Numbered from the whole stretch's first letter, positions 50,118-61,082 are shown. The stretch is 62,651 nt of DNA, filler included, from 4 parts of 4 records of this genome joined end to end with filler, not necessarily neighbours in it; one strand, 5' to 3'. Notes: generated by a model not told the origin, from the sequence alone. Translations and numbers: made by a program.

Positions 50118-51319
50118 CAGCCTTCACCGAACAGGATATTTACAAGCGTATGACCGTCAGCCAAATGCACTCCGGCATTGGCGGCTTCGGCTTCCGTGTA
50201 CGGCCTCCCGGAAGGCTTTTCCGCGGGATAGCATATGAACGGCACAGGCTCACGGGTGTGGGTTTTAACTTCAATCGGCGTGTAATGATCGCACAGAACC
50301 AATAGCCTGTAATCGCCCATTTCCTTTAATTTTTCCCAAACCGGACCAACAACAAGCCTGTCAAATCGTTCCACGGCCTGGATTTTAGTCTGTAAATCCC
50401 CCTGGTGGCCGGCTTCGTCGGGTCCTTCCAGATGAACCAGAACAAAATCGTCTTTTTCGAGCGCTGCCAGCGCGGCTTCGACCTTACCCTGGTAATTTGT
50501 ATCCGCCAGACCGGTGGCGCCTTCTATATCAATCGGCTTTAGGCCGGCATATACGCCCAGGCCCTTGATAAGGTCCACGGCCGAGATCGCTGCGCCTCCG
50601 ACTCCCCATCGTTCCTGGTAATCGGCCATGGCCGGGGCTCTCCCCTGCCCCCACGGCCAGATGGAATTTGCCGGATTAAGACCGGTTTTGATTCTTTCCA
50701 CATTAATGGGATGATCGGCCAGCAGGTTCCAGGAAGCCCGGATAAGATCAATCACGGGCTTCATTTCCTTGTCATCACCGGACAAGTAGTCGGTGACCTC
50801 CTGGTCCCGGTAATCATGGGGCGGAATTGTGGGCAGCCCATCCGGCAGTCCGGGCCAGGTCAGCAGATGCCGGTAGCTGACCCCGGGGTGGAGCTTGAGT
50901 CCGCCGTCCAGGGGCAGATTCTCGGCCAGGTAATTTACCAGAACTTCCGCATCTTCCGAACTAATATGCCCGGCGCTGTGATCGCGCATGAAAACAGCGC
51001 CGTTGTCTTTTATTTCCAGGGTTACAAAATTGAGGCGAAAAGCCTGCTCCGAATCTTCCAGTTTGACGCCCATGCTGGCAGCTTCCAGAGGGCCGCGCCC
51101 GGTATGGCAGATATCGGGATCGTATCCCAATATGGACATATTGGCTACATCCGAACCGGCTTCCTTGCCTTCGGGAATGGTCTGGGCCGTTCCCAGCATT
51201 CCTCCGCGCGCCATGGCGTCCATGTTTGGTATGTCGGCCGCTTCAAGAATAGTGCGTCCGTCAAGTTCGGGAATGGCGTAGTCGCCCATGCCGTCCCCGA
51301 TCAATATTGCATATTTCAA
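50117..51319 (-). CDS. apgM: ApgM-type cofactor-independent phosphoglycerate mutase family (proposed homoserine kinase subgroup)
   Basis: IGDGMGD, GSDVANMSILGYDP, GRGPLEAAS, HLEGPDEAGH, DHYTP, HTREPVPF; TTG start overlaps the hom stop. Confidence 0.88.
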   Translation of the reverse strand: MKYAILIGDGMGDYAIPELDGRTILEAADIPNMDAMARGGMLGTAQTIPEGKEAGSDVANMSILGYDPDICHTGRGPLEAASMGVKLEDSEQAFRLNFVTLEIKDNGAVFMRDHSAGHISSEDAEVLVNYLAENLPLDGGLKLHPGVSYRHLLTWPGLPDGLPTIPPHDYRDQEVTDYLSGDDKEMKPVIDLIRASWNLLADHPINVERIKTGLNPANSIWPWGQGRAPAMADYQERWGVGGAAISAVDLIKGLGVYAGLKPIDIEGATGLADTNYQGKVEAALAALEKDDFVLVHLEGPDEAGHQGDLQTKIQAVERFDRLVVGPVWEKLKEMGDYRLLVLCDHYTPIEVKTHTREPVPFICYPAEKPSGRPYTEAEAANAGVHLADGHTLVNILFGEG

Positions 51320-52623
51320 ATTCTGTCCTCCACTCGAATCATCACCGTTGAGTCTCGAACAACATCCAGTGAATCCATTTTTTCCAAAGCCTTTTTGACA
51401 TCGGCCTCACGGGCTTCGTGAGTAAGCATGACAATGGGCACAGCCCCGTCGACTTCACGTCCTTTCTGAATAACCGCGCTGATGCTTATGCCGAAGCTGC
51501 CAAGCACGCCGGATATTTTTGAAAGAACTCCGGGCCGGTCAGCAGCAGAAAAACGGAAATAGTAAGGCGTAACCACTTCTTCCATGGGTTTCAGGGACAA
51601 GCCTTCGTCGGTTAAATTCCTCCAACCCAAGGACGGGACCCTCAAAGCCGCGCCCACGCGGTTGTTCCTGGCCAGTTCTATTATATCCGAGACAACCGCG
51701 CTGGCCGTGGGCATCATGCCCGCACCGGCGCCGTAAAGCAGAATATCACCCACGGCGTCGCCGTTTATGTGCACGGCGTTAAAGGGGCCGCTCACTTCGG
51801 CCAGCAAATGTCCCTTGGGAATCATTGTCGGGTGCAGTCGGGCTTCAACGCGGTCGTTTTGCCGGGAAGAAATGGCCAACAGTTTGATCACGTATCCGAA
51901 TTCGTCGGCGAATTGTATATCCACGGGATCGAGGCGGCTTATACCTTCCACATGTATGTCATCCATGCCGATCCTGAACCCGTAAGCCATGCCCACCAGA
52001 ATGACCAGCTTGTGGGCCGCATCCACGCCTTCAACATCAAAAGTGGGATCGGCTTCGGCATAGCCCTGTTCCTGGGCCTCGGCCAGAGCCGTTGTAAAAT
52101 CAATGCCTTCGTTAGTCATCTTGGTCAGGATATAATTGGAAGTCCCGTTCAGTATGCCGAAAAAGTAATTGATATGATTTGCTGAAAGCCCTTCCTTCAT
52201 GCTCCGGATAATGGGTATGCCGCCGCCGACGCTGGGCTCGAAAAGGACTTCCACTTTCGAACGGGCCGCGGCCTGAAATATTTCATGGCCGTGCACGGCC
52301 AATAGGGCCTTGTTGGCCGTGACCACATGTTTTCCCGCTTCAATCGCCTGGAGAATAAACGTCCTGGCCGGTTCGTACCCGCCGATCAGTTCAACCACAA
52401 TATCAATATCGGGATCGTTGATTATTTCGGAAGCATCCGTGGTTAAAAGGTCGCTGTCTACCTGAACCGGCCGTGGAGTTGTTATATCCAGGTCCGCGAT
52501 TTTGGCCAGAACCAGGGGCCAGCCAAGCTTCTGTTTAATAAGTTCCTGTTCCTCGATCAATATCTTGGCGGTTCCGGACCCGATCGTGCCCCAGCCTATT
52601 ATTCCGACCCTGGTCTGATTCAT
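51316..52623 (-). CDS. hom: Homoserine dehydrogenase with C-terminal ACT domain
   Basis: [42 protein letters not shown]. Confidence 0.95.
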   Translation of the reverse strand: MNQTRVGIIGWGTIGSGTAKILIEEQELIKQKLGWPLVLAKIADLDITTPRPVQVDSDLLTTDASEIINDPDIDIVVELIGGYEPARTFILQAIEAGKHVVTANKALLAVHGHEIFQAAARSKVEVLFEPSVGGGIPIIRSMKEGLSANHINYFFGILNGTSNYILTKMTNEGIDFTTALAEAQEQGYAEADPTFDVEGVDAAHKLVILVGMAYGFRIGMDDIHVEGISRLDPVDIQFADEFGYVIKLLAISSRQNDRVEARLHPTMIPKGHLLAEVSGPFNAVHINGDAVGDILLYGAGAGMMPTASAVVSDIIELARNNRVGAALRVPSLGWRNLTDEGLSLKPMEEVVTPYYFRFSAADRPGVLSKISGVLGSFGISISAVIQKGREVDGAVPIVMLTHEAREADVKKALEKMDSLDVVRDSTVMIRVEDRI

Positions 52624-53798
52624 CCCTGCATTACCTTTCTCAGACCGCGCACGGCCTGGTTGATGCGATGCTTGTTTTCCACCAGGGCGAAACGGACGTA
52701 CCCTTCGCCGTACTGGCCGAAGCCCAGGCCGGGGCTCACCGCTGTTTTAGCTTCATGTATGAGCATCTTTGAAAAATCCACCGAATTCATGTGACTGAAT
52801 TGATCCGGAATCTTGGCCCAGACAAACATGGTGCCCTTGGGCGAGGGTACATCCCAGCCGATCCTGTTTAAACCGTTGACTAATGTATCCCGCCTGTCCC
52901 GGTATACTTCAACAATATCCTTTACGCATTCCTGATCTTCATTCAGGGCGATAATGGCGGCGATCTGTATGGGTTGAAACATGCCGTAATCAAGATAGCT
53001 TTTTATCCTGGTCAGGGCGTTGACCATTTCCTTGTTGCCGCAGACAAAACCGACTCGCCAACCGGCCATGCTGTAGCTCTTGGACAACGAAAACAGCTCA
53101 ACCCCGATATCCTTGGCGCCTTTTACCTGAAGCAGACTCGGCGCCTTGTAACCGTCGAAGCAGAGGTCGGCGTAAGCAAGGTCGTGCACCAGGAGCATCT
53201 GGTTTTCCTTACAGAAATCAACAACTTTTTCGAAAAAGTCCAGTTCGACCACCTGCCCGGTCGGGTTGTGGGGGAAGGATATTATTAGCATTCTCGGCGC
53301 CGGCCAGGTCTGGTTGACCGCCACCTGCAGGTCTTCAAAAAAGTCCCTGTCCCTGTCCACGGGAATGGATCTTAAATCGCCGCCGGCGATTATGGCCGAG
53401 TATGGGTGAATCGGATAGGTCGGATTCGGGGCGAAAACCACGTCCCCGGGGCTGATGGTGGCCAGGACCAGATGGCTGAGGCCTTCCTTGGCCCCGATAG
53501 TGACCACTGTTTCGGAATCCGGGTCCAGATCTACATCGTAACGGCGCCTGTACCAGGCGGCAATGGCGTGCCTGAGCTTGGTTATGCCCCTGGATGCCGA
53601 GTACCTGTGGTTGACTTCCTTTTGGGCCGCTTCGACCAATTTGTCGACTATATGCTGAGGCGTGGCAAGGTCGGGATTGCCCATCCCCAGGTCTATTATG
53701 TCTTCACCGGCTCGGCGGGCCGATGTTTTCAGTTCATTGACAGTAGCAAAAACATAGGGCGGCAGCCGTTTCATACGCCGGAATTCGAATAATGACAT
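52620..53798 (-). CDS. alaC: Class I/II PLP aminotransferase, AlaC-like
   Basis: [48 protein letters not shown]. Confidence 0.85.
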   Translation of the reverse strand: MSLFEFRRMKRLPPYVFATVNELKTSARRAGEDIIDLGMGNPDLATPQHIVDKLVEAAQKEVNHRYSASRGITKLRHAIAAWYRRRYDVDLDPDSETVVTIGAKEGLSHLVLATISPGDVVFAPNPTYPIHPYSAIIAGGDLRSIPVDRDRDFFEDLQVAVNQTWPAPRMLIISFPHNPTGQVVELDFFEKVVDFCKENQMLLVHDLAYADLCFDGYKAPSLLQVKGAKDIGVELFSLSKSYSMAGWRVGFVCGNKEMVNALTRIKSYLDYGMFQPIQIAAIIALNEDQECVKDIVEVYRDRRDTLVNGLNRIGWDVPSPKGTMFVWAKIPDQFSHMNSVDFSKMLIHEAKTAVSPGLGFGQYGEGYVRFALVENKHRINQAVRGLRKVMQG

Positions 53799-53991
53799 AA
53801 TTCCTTACCTCTTAAATTTAAATATAGTTTTTATCGGACCGGAGCCCGTGAAATAGGTATTGTTATATGATCCTGAGAAAGTTGTCAATTTCAGGGTAAC
53901 TTTTTTTAAACGAATGAGAGGATCCCGCCCCCGTCCTCATCAGAACGGAGCAGAATCACTCACTGTGCAGATATGCCCGAAGATAAATCTT

Positions 53992-56106
53992 TTAACCTAT
54001 TGACGTCAATTCGGCGCTGATTATTTCCTTCATGCGTTCTACAGCCTCACGGACGAGTTTATAGGAATCGTCGCTGGAATATTCACGGGATTCAACCAGT
54101 CTGCCGGCCATTTCCCTGGCTTTGAGTAAAACCGGAAGATCCCGGGGCAAGCGGGCCCAGGTAAGGGGCGGAAGCCCGGATTGCCTCAACCCGGTTTGAT
54201 CGCCGGGCCCCCGGATTTTAAGATCCTCTTCCGCCAGAATGAAACCGTCATGAGTTGAGGCCATGATATCCAGGCGGGCGAAATCGGATTCAGCCCTTTC
54301 AGCCGTCAGCAGGCATTTGGAGGGCCTGTTTCCACGCCCGACCCTGCCTCTTAACTGGTGCAGCTGGGCCAATCCGAATCTATCCGCGCCTTCTATCAGA
54401 ATCAAAGTCGCGTTCGGCACGTCAACCCCGACTTCAATAACGGTCGTTGCCGCAAGCACACTGATTTCTCCACGGCGAAAAGCGGCCATCACGGCCTGCT
54501 GCTCCTCGGCTTTCATCCTGCCATGAACAAGTCCGACTTTCGTCCCCGGAGGCATTGCGTTTTTAACTTTCTCATACACCGACTCTACCGCAATGGGATC
54601 TTCCCTGTTCTCTTCATCTTCACGGGCTTCTATATGCGGCGCCACAACATACGCCTGGCCTCCGTTTTCAATTTCCGCTTTTAGTATTTCATAGGCCTTT
54701 TCGCGCATGCCGGCGCGAAAAACCAACGTTTCCACTGATTTTCTTCCAGGAGGAAGACCTTTTATTACGGAAAGGTCAAGATCGCCGTACAAGGTCATGG
54801 CCAGGGACCTGGGAATGGGCGTGGCGGTCATAACCAGAATGTCCGGGTTATCGGCCTTTGATCTCAAGGCCAGCCTCTGGGCCACGCCGAACCGGTGCTG
54901 CTCGTCAATAACAACCATTCCCAGACAATTAAATTCCAGGCCCGATGCGATTAGAGCCTGCGTCCCGATGACCAGCCTGGTTTCTCCGGATGCGATTTTT
55001 TCCCGCTTCAGCTTTTTTTCCGCTTCAGGCAGGCTGCCGACCAGCAGTTCAACAGGCACATCAAGACCGGCCATTTGAGCGGATAGTTCGTTGTAATGCT
55101 GGCGGGCGAGCATTTCCGTGGGGGCCATAATGGCGGCCTGACGGCTTCCGGCCACGGCGGTCAGGGCCGCGGCCGCGGCCACAACCGTCTTTCCACTGCC
55201 CACATCACCCTGCAGCAGCCGGTTCATGGGATTGGGCCTGGCCATATCCTCCCAGATTTCATCCAAAACCACATTCTGGTCTTCAGTCAGCTTAAAAGGC
55301 AACCCTTCAAGGTAAGCTTGAACAAGCTTCGGGCGAACCGGGTAAGACCATCCCGGGCTGTTTGACTGGCGTTTTCTGGATTCGGCCAGGGTTATCTGGA
55401 TAAAAAGCAGTTCAAACAAGGCCAGTGACCGCCAGGCCCTGGATTGTTCAGGTTTGGGCAGAGCCCCGGGACGATCCGCGGGGGGGCTGTGCAAGGTATG
55501 TATGGAAACCACCGGATCGGTCATTTTTTCCGCTTCAAGCCATTTTGAAGGGAAAATCCCGGGCACGGCCGACAGTTGGGAAGCAGCCTCAGCCATTATC
55601 CTCCTGAGGGTTCCGGGTTTGATATCATCCATTTCCGGATATATCGGTCTGATCTCCGGAGCAAGTTTTTCAGAACTGTCCCAGGCCAGAATTTCCGGAT
55701 GAACTATCTGCAAGCGGTCTTTATAAGCCTGAACCCGACCGAACAGGACGACTGGTCGGCCTTTTTCCGTTGTTTTTCTTAAATGAGCGGGAAAACTGAA
55801 CCAAAGCGCGGAGATTTCCCCGGTTTCATCAGCAACCGTCATTTCAAAGTATCGCCGGCCGGATTTGGAAAATCGCCCTTCACGAACGTTTACAATTTCA
55901 CCGGCCAGCATGCAGTCCATTTCAGGCTCGACCTGGCGGATAGGCGTTATTTTTCTCCGGTCCTGGTACTTGGAAGGCATAAGAAACAACAGGTCTTCAA
56001 GGCGAAAAAATCCCCTTTTATTAAGAGCTTTTTCAAGTTGAGGACCTATCCCCTTGACGGATCTGAGATTTTTAATCAAACCCGGATGACTTGGCAAAGG
56101 AATCAT
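53992..56106 (-). CDS. recG: ATP-dependent DNA helicase RecG
   Basis: LQGDVGSGKT, DEQHRFGV, MTATPIPRSL, QLRGRVGRG, DGFILAEEDLKIRGPG. Confidence 0.96.
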   Translation of the reverse strand: MIPLPSHPGLIKNLRSVKGIGPQLEKALNKRGFFRLEDLLFLMPSKYQDRRKITPIRQVEPEMDCMLAGEIVNVREGRFSKSGRRYFEMTVADETGEISALWFSFPAHLRKTTEKGRPVVLFGRVQAYKDRLQIVHPEILAWDSSEKLAPEIRPIYPEMDDIKPGTLRRIMAEAASQLSAVPGIFPSKWLEAEKMTDPVVSIHTLHSPPADRPGALPKPEQSRAWRSLALFELLFIQITLAESRKRQSNSPGWSYPVRPKLVQAYLEGLPFKLTEDQNVVLDEIWEDMARPNPMNRLLQGDVGSGKTVVAAAAALTAVAGSRQAAIMAPTEMLARQHYNELSAQMAGLDVPVELLVGSLPEAEKKLKREKIASGETRLVIGTQALIASGLEFNCLGMVVIDEQHRFGVAQRLALRSKADNPDILVMTATPIPRSLAMTLYGDLDLSVIKGLPPGRKSVETLVFRAGMREKAYEILKAEIENGGQAYVVAPHIEAREDEENREDPIAVESVYEKVKNAMPPGTKVGLVHGRMKAEEQQAVMAAFRRGEISVLAATTVIEVGVDVPNATLILIEGADRFGLAQLHQLRGRVGRGNRPSKCLLTAERAESDFARLDIMASTHDGFILAEEDLKIRGPGDQTGLRQSGLPPLTWARLPRDLPVLLKAREMAGRLVESREYSSDDSYKLVREAVERMKEIISAELTSIG

Positions 56107-56155
56107 AATACTTTATCCTGTAGGAATAAACAGACGGCCTGGCTAAATAAATAAA

Positions 56156-56188
56156 TTGACATTCCGGTTAATGATGGATAACTATAAT
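56156..56188 (+). promoter_or_regulatory. Sigma70-like promoter elements upstream of purM
   Basis: Perfect TTGACA at 56156-56161 and TATAAT at 56183-56188, but spaced 21 bp; the 17-bp position gives only TAACTA. Confidence 0.35.
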
Positions 56189-56247
56189 ACATGCGACTAT
56201 TATGAAAGACAGGCCAAAATGGTACTGTCTTTTTTTTGGGGGGGCAG

Positions 56248-56773
56248 ATGAGCACTGCGGAAGATAAGAAAAAGGCGACAGCGAAACCGAAAACCAAGGG
56301 AAAGGCCAAACCGAAAACGAGTATGAAAAAGAGTACGCCCAAGAAAACTACCAAAACGTATAAAGAAGCCGGGGTGGACATTGAAGCGGGAGCCGAGGTT
56401 GTAAGAAGAATCAGAGACGTGGCAAAGTCGACGTTCGACCCCCGCGTTATTACCGATATAGGAGGCTTTTCGGGTCTATACAGCTTAAATGCGGCCAAAT
56501 ACGATCAACCTGTTCTTGTTTCATCCGTAGATGGAGTGGGCAGCAAATTAAACATTGCTTTCATGACCGGCAAGCACGATACCATCGGTATAGACCTGGT
56601 AGCCATGGTTGTCAACGACATACTGGCCCAAGGCGCCCGTCCGCTTATGTTTCTGGATTACCTGGCCATGTCCAGGGTCGACCCGGAAAAAGCCGAACAG
56701 ATCATGAAAGGCATTGCTGCGGGCTGTAAGGAAGCGGGCTGTTCCCTGATCGGCGGCGAAACGGCCGAAATGC
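56248..56773 (+). CDS. purM: Phosphoribosylformylglycinamidine cyclo-ligase (3' truncated by the contig end), with Lys-rich N-terminal extension
   Basis: [48 protein letters not shown]. Confidence 0.93.
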
Positions 56774-56873
56774 NNNNNNNNNNNNNNNNNNNNNNNNNNN
56801 NNNNNNNNNNNNNNNNNTTAATTAATTAANNNNNNNNNNNNNNNNNNNNNNNNNNNNNNNNNNNNNNNNNNNN
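56774..56873. other. Artificial contig linker
   Basis: 44 N + TTAATTAATTAA + 44 N. Confidence 0.97.
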
Positions 56874-56908
56874 TCAGTCCCCTGCTCTACCGACTGAGCT
56901 ACCCGAGC
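56874..56908 (-). tRNA. 5' half of tRNA-Phe(GAA), truncated in the anticodon loop
   Basis: Minus strand GCTCGGGTAGCTCAGTCGGTAGAGCAGGGGACTGA: acceptor, D-arm, anticodon stem and CT-GA(A). Confidence 0.85.
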
Positions 56909-56925
56909 ACGCTGTCGAGAAAAGG

Positions 56926-56954
56926 GATTTACCGAAATGAGGGCCGGTTGGCAA
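56926..56954 (-). promoter_or_regulatory. Putative sigma70 promoter of tRNA-Phe
   Basis: Minus strand TTGCCA - 17 bp - TAAATC, 17 bp upstream of the tRNA. Confidence 0.45.
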
Positions 56955-56982
56955 CCTCTTTTTTCAGTCTGAGCCGTTTTTT

Positions 56983-58737
56983 TTACTCTTTATCTTCCAA
57001 AGGAGCACCCATTTCAAGGATTCTGGCGGCATATCCGGAGCGTAAAGCTTCGAGATACTCCGTATCCAGCGGGCCTTTCCATGTGGTAATCTCTTTATAT
57101 CGTTTAGGAATTTTAACTTTATCCGGACGGTAGCCCATTTGAAGTCTGAGACGCCAGCGCAAACGTTGCACTCGATCACCTATTTCTGAGACACTTCCAT
57201 GAAGTTCGCCGTAACCGACAGATTCCATGGCTTCGGCCAAAAGTTCATCCTTATACACACCCCGAGAGAACAAGCACCCGACCATGCAATTGAGCACGAT
57301 ACGATCACGAGCATCGTCCACGAGAAAATCGAGGGCGGCGGTAACATCCTGTTCTTCGTGTTTCTGGTCCCAGGAATAGCCTCCAGAGTCCAAATGGGCA
57401 TGACGGAACCCCAAGGCCTCGGACACGAAGAAAACTTCGCCTGTGGCATATCCAGCCATTTCCTGACCAAGAACGCAGGCAAAATCCTCACCACCATAAA
57501 ACTTGGCGCACTTCATGGTACCGGATGCAAGCAGACGATAGAACTCATTCGGTGGCCGACCCAACAGTTCCACAGCGTCCATATATGTCTCGGCGTCACC
57601 CCAGTTCAATTTTACAACCGTTTCCTTCTCGCTGATGACACCCTTTTCCAAAGCTTCAGTGGCCCAAGCCAGAGCCACGCCTGCGGACATGCAGTCCAGC
57701 CCTTCCTTTTCGATGACATCCAAAATGCGCAGGACATCACTGGCCTCTGTCACCTCGATCATCGCCCCACAGGCGAAAATTGGTTCGAAATCATACCCTA
57801 CCTGTCGATAGAGATACTGATTGTTCGTCTGAAACTGTTCGCGAACAAAACCCACATGGATGCAACCGACAGGACAACCTGCACAGGCCGCATTTCTCAA
57901 CAGCGTATCATCGGCAAAAGTTTCGCCAGAGATATTGTCGGCTTTTGGGCTGGAAGTCTGTTGCAGGTTCTTCCACGGCAAACTTTTCAGTTCACTGAGC
58001 GGCTTGACGTTCACCGCCGTACCAAGGCCGTGATACTTGGCCATCATTTCAGTGGTGGTGAGCTGTTCATAAATGTGCTTGTACAGCTTGGGATACTGTT
58101 TGCCTTCGGGCAATGCGAATCCACGGTCTCCAAGAATACAGATGGCTTTCAAATTTTTCACGCCCATGGCCGTACCACCACCCATGCGTCCAAAATGGCG
58201 ATAGGTGTCCACGTTAATACAGGCGTACGCCGACAAATTTTCACCCGCAGGGCCGATACGCATAATGGATCGACGCCCTGAACCAGGAAATATCTTTCTG
58301 AGCACGCGCCCCGTGGCAATGGCATCAAATCCACGCATATACTCTACATCGCGAGTTTCCACGCGACGAGAACCGACACACAAAGCAGTAAGTCGCGGTG
58401 CTTTGCCGGTGATAACCAATGCATCAAGGTCGGCAAACCGAAGAGACAACGCGGATTTTCCGCCTGCATAACTTTCGGTATACTCATTATGATACGGCGA
58501 GCGAAACGCGCAGCAGGTCTTACTCATGAGCGGGAAATACCCCGTCAACGGCCCAATAGCGAAAATCACGGGCTGCTCCGGGTCGTCCCAATGGCGATCC
58601 ACATGACCGAATTCTTCAAACAGCTTTGCCGCCAGACCAGTACCTCCCAGATATTCGCCCCGTCCGGGACGCTCAAGGATATTGGTCTTACCTGTAGTCA
58701 AATTGACCATCATGACACGGAAGAAGTCTCTAATCAT
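56983..58737 (-). CDS. Aldehyde:ferredoxin oxidoreductase family (W/Mo-pterin) large subunit
   Basis: YLGGTGLA, IGPLTG, ESYAGG, IGPAGEN, GRMGGG..MGVKNLKA, CAGCPVGC, GLDCMSAG; GGAGG RBS supports start 58737. Confidence 0.9.
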   Translation of the reverse strand: MIRDFFRVMMVNLTTGKTNILERPGRGEYLGGTGLAAKLFEEFGHVDRHWDDPEQPVIFAIGPLTGYFPLMSKTCCAFRSPYHNEYTESYAGGKSALSLRFADLDALVITGKAPRLTALCVGSRRVETRDVEYMRGFDAIATGRVLRKIFPGSGRRSIMRIGPAGENLSAYACINVDTYRHFGRMGGGTAMGVKNLKAICILGDRGFALPEGKQYPKLYKHIYEQLTTTEMMAKYHGLGTAVNVKPLSELKSLPWKNLQQTSSPKADNISGETFADDTLLRNAACAGCPVGCIHVGFVREQFQTNNQYLYRQVGYDFEPIFACGAMIEVTEASDVLRILDVIEKEGLDCMSAGVALAWATEALEKGVISEKETVVKLNWGDAETYMDAVELLGRPPNEFYRLLASGTMKCAKFYGGEDFACVLGQEMAGYATGEVFFVSEALGFRHAHLDSGGYSWDQKHEEQDVTAALDFLVDDARDRIVLNCMVGCLFSRGVYKDELLAEAMESVGYGELHGSVSEIGDRVQRLRWRLRLQMGYRPDKVKIPKRYKEITTWKGPLDTEYLEALRSGYAARILEMGAPLEDKE

Positions 58738-59164
58738 CGCTCCCTCCTTCTTCCTGCTCCTGCTTGGGCAGTTCCACCATTTCAAGGCAATCATGCGGGC
58801 AGAACGGCACGCATTGACCGCAATGGATGCACACATACGGATTTACTTCATGATCAAGGAAAATAGCGTCCACAGGACAGGCTTTGGCGCATTCACCACA
58901 ACGGATACACAGCTTCTTTTTCTGAATAACACCACCGTCCCTGCGCTGGGAAAGCGAACCGGTCGGACACGCTTCGGCGCATGGAGCCGGGTTACAGGCC
59001 AAACAAACTCGCGCCTCGAAACCGGTGGACAGACCGCCTGACGACGATATGCGAATACCCGCCTTGTTCCAGGAAAGAAATTTGTGGACCTGTCTTGAAC
59101 AAGCCAACGAACACGAATGGCAACCGATACATCGTTCCATTCGTACAGCTCTAAGTGCTTTCAT
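58730..59164 (-). CDS. 4Fe-4S multicluster ferredoxin-like subunit
   Basis: CIGCHSCSLAC, CLACNPAPCAEACP, CIRCGECAKACP, CIHCGQCVPFCP. Confidence 0.92.
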   Translation of the reverse strand: MKALRAVRMERCIGCHSCSLACSRQVHKFLSWNKAGIRISSSGGLSTGFEARVCLACNPAPCAEACPTGSLSQRRDGGVIQKKKLCIRCGECAKACPVDAIFLDHEVNPYVCIHCGQCVPFCPHDCLEMVELPKQEQEEGGSDD

Positions 59165-59202
59165 AAAAACTGCCTCCGACGACAGAGAGGTCTGGAGAAA
59201 GG

Positions 59203-60828
59203 TTATTTATCTGTATGTTCCAAGATATCCTGTTTGAGCGCCCAAAGGATATGATTTTTAATCTGAGTATCATCCATATTCGGCGCGACTTCAGAAGCCT
59301 TGCGTATCAAGGTGTGGGTGTCAACCGGCTTCCTACTGAAAAAGGCGAGTTTTTTAACAATTTCCATATCAATGGCCATATCAAGCCCTGCATAGAGGTT
59401 AGGGAAATCCCGACCACGATAAAAAGCTTCTCCCGTGCGCCCAGCATTGAGCATGGTTTCATCACGCAGGACATCACTGGTATAATGCCCAAATATGCGA
59501 CCAAATTCCGGAGCCAACGGATGTGTTCTCTCCCGAAGTGAATCAGCATCAACCGGCTCGCTCCACAAAGAATCCCACAATTCAACATATTGCTTAATAA
59601 CCGTGGGCCAAGAAAACATTTCTTCAACACGCTTACGCCCGGCCACACCCATGGATTGTCTCAGATCCGAGGACTCAATGAGTCGTTTCAGGGCGTCGGC
59701 CAATAGAGGGATATCAACGGCTGTTCGCTGGGAAAGACGTAGATGATAGTCACTGTCAAAAGTCAACGGAGCTTCAATATCTACATCCGGGGTACTGTCT
59801 GAACCGGTGGTCCTGACAAGTAAACCCGTCTTCCCATGTGCCACGATGTCTTTATATCCGTCATAATCAGAAGCCACGACTGGCAGACCAAACGCTCCAG
59901 CCTCCACCAAAGTAATACCGAATGTTTCTTGGGGATTATCAGCGATGGAAACGAATATATCCGCAGACCGGAAAAGCTCCAGCTTCTGTTTCTCATCAGG
60001 GCGCAAATGAATATGGAGAGCAATCCCGGCATTAGCAGCCAGATTGGTCAAAGTGGTACGGACATTATCATCTTCATCCGCCCAGCCAGCCAGCACGATT
60101 TCCACACCGGAAGGGTCCATGCCGTCCTGCACCAGCCGGTGAACTGCACGAATAAGCGGAACCACATCCATCTTCGAATGATGAGAAATACGACCAAAGA
60201 CCAGCAGCCTGACCGGTCCATTTTCCCGCCTGTGTCCCGGCGTCAAAATCGAAGTATCCACCGCCAGAGGGATACGAACAAGCATGGGGGCAGGATGTTC
60301 AGCTTCGGTCAAACCAAAACCATTTCGCAACCAATCAAAATATTGCTCCACCACCTTCTTCCCGGCTCTGGAAGTACAGACAATGCTATCCCGTCGAGTC
60401 GTACCGGGCCACAGATGCTGCAAAAAGGCAGTTCCATAATTACAATAACTCAAAGAATGAATGGGGCCGGTGACCGGGAAAATATGCTCGCTATACCGAT
60501 TGCGCATACGAGCCATAAACGGCTGACTCGTGATGCAATCGGACAAATGAAAACAATGATAGTGTGTCTGGGCCAGCATGCCCGCCAGCTCGTGCCGAAG
60601 CATAAGCCGTATTCGCCCCGCTTCCATCAATGCAGGAACAATTCTCCGCAAGGCCTTCCCCACGGCGTCTCGTTTCTTCCGACCTGAAAGAAAAAAATGA
60701 TATTCATCAAAAGGGTCGGCATCCAACAACGCTCGCAAAAACGTCGTATTGGCTACCATGCGACCCAAAACCGGTCCGGCCTCAAAAAAGGGATCAAGAG
60801 TACCCCATATGCGTTGTTTTTTCGCCAT
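59203..60828 (-). CDS. Glycosyltransferase family 4 with C-terminal extension
   Basis: FGRI...KMD, ADIFVSIADNPQETFGITLVEAGAFGLPVVASDYDGYKD, MGVAGRKRV..FSW. Confidence 0.87.
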   Translation of the reverse strand: MAKKQRIWGTLDPFFEAGPVLGRMVANTTFLRALLDADPFDEYHFFLSGRKKRDAVGKALRRIVPALMEAGRIRLMLRHELAGMLAQTHYHCFHLSDCITSQPFMARMRNRYSEHIFPVTGPIHSLSYCNYGTAFLQHLWPGTTRRDSIVCTSRAGKKVVEQYFDWLRNGFGLTEAEHPAPMLVRIPLAVDTSILTPGHRRENGPVRLLVFGRISHHSKMDVVPLIRAVHRLVQDGMDPSGVEIVLAGWADEDDNVRTTLTNLAANAGIALHIHLRPDEKQKLELFRSADIFVSIADNPQETFGITLVEAGAFGLPVVASDYDGYKDIVAHGKTGLLVRTTGSDSTPDVDIEAPLTFDSDYHLRLSQRTAVDIPLLADALKRLIESSDLRQSMGVAGRKRVEEMFSWPTVIKQYVELWDSLWSEPVDADSLRERTHPLAPEFGRIFGHYTSDVLRDETMLNAGRTGEAFYRGRDFPNLYAGLDMAIDMEIVKKLAFFSRKPVDTHTLIRKASEVAPNMDDTQIKNHILWALKQDILEHTDK

Positions 60829-61005
60829 ACTCTCGTAAAAACCGTTCCCCGCCCTTTTGTCAATGAATTGCGGAAAACCACAGGCATTTTTTTCCGCCCA
60901 CTCCTCAGTACCCACATATTAATCTTCCATTTTTCATCCATGAATCAAGCATGTTAATAACATTATAAAGGGTCGACACCTTTAACTGCACACGATTATC
61001 AATAT

Positions 61006-61022
61006 TTGGCCCCGATCTTGCT
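61006..61022 (+). promoter_or_regulatory. Sigma54 (-24/-12) promoter
   Basis: TTGGCCCCGATCTTGCT fits TGGCAC-N5-TTGC with correct GG/GC spacing, 60 bp upstream of the DGC start. Confidence 0.72.
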
Positions 61023-61082
61023 CAACTCTTGGTGCGAGTGAGACGCTCGTCAATGATTTGACGTTCAAGGAGAAGTGGAGAC

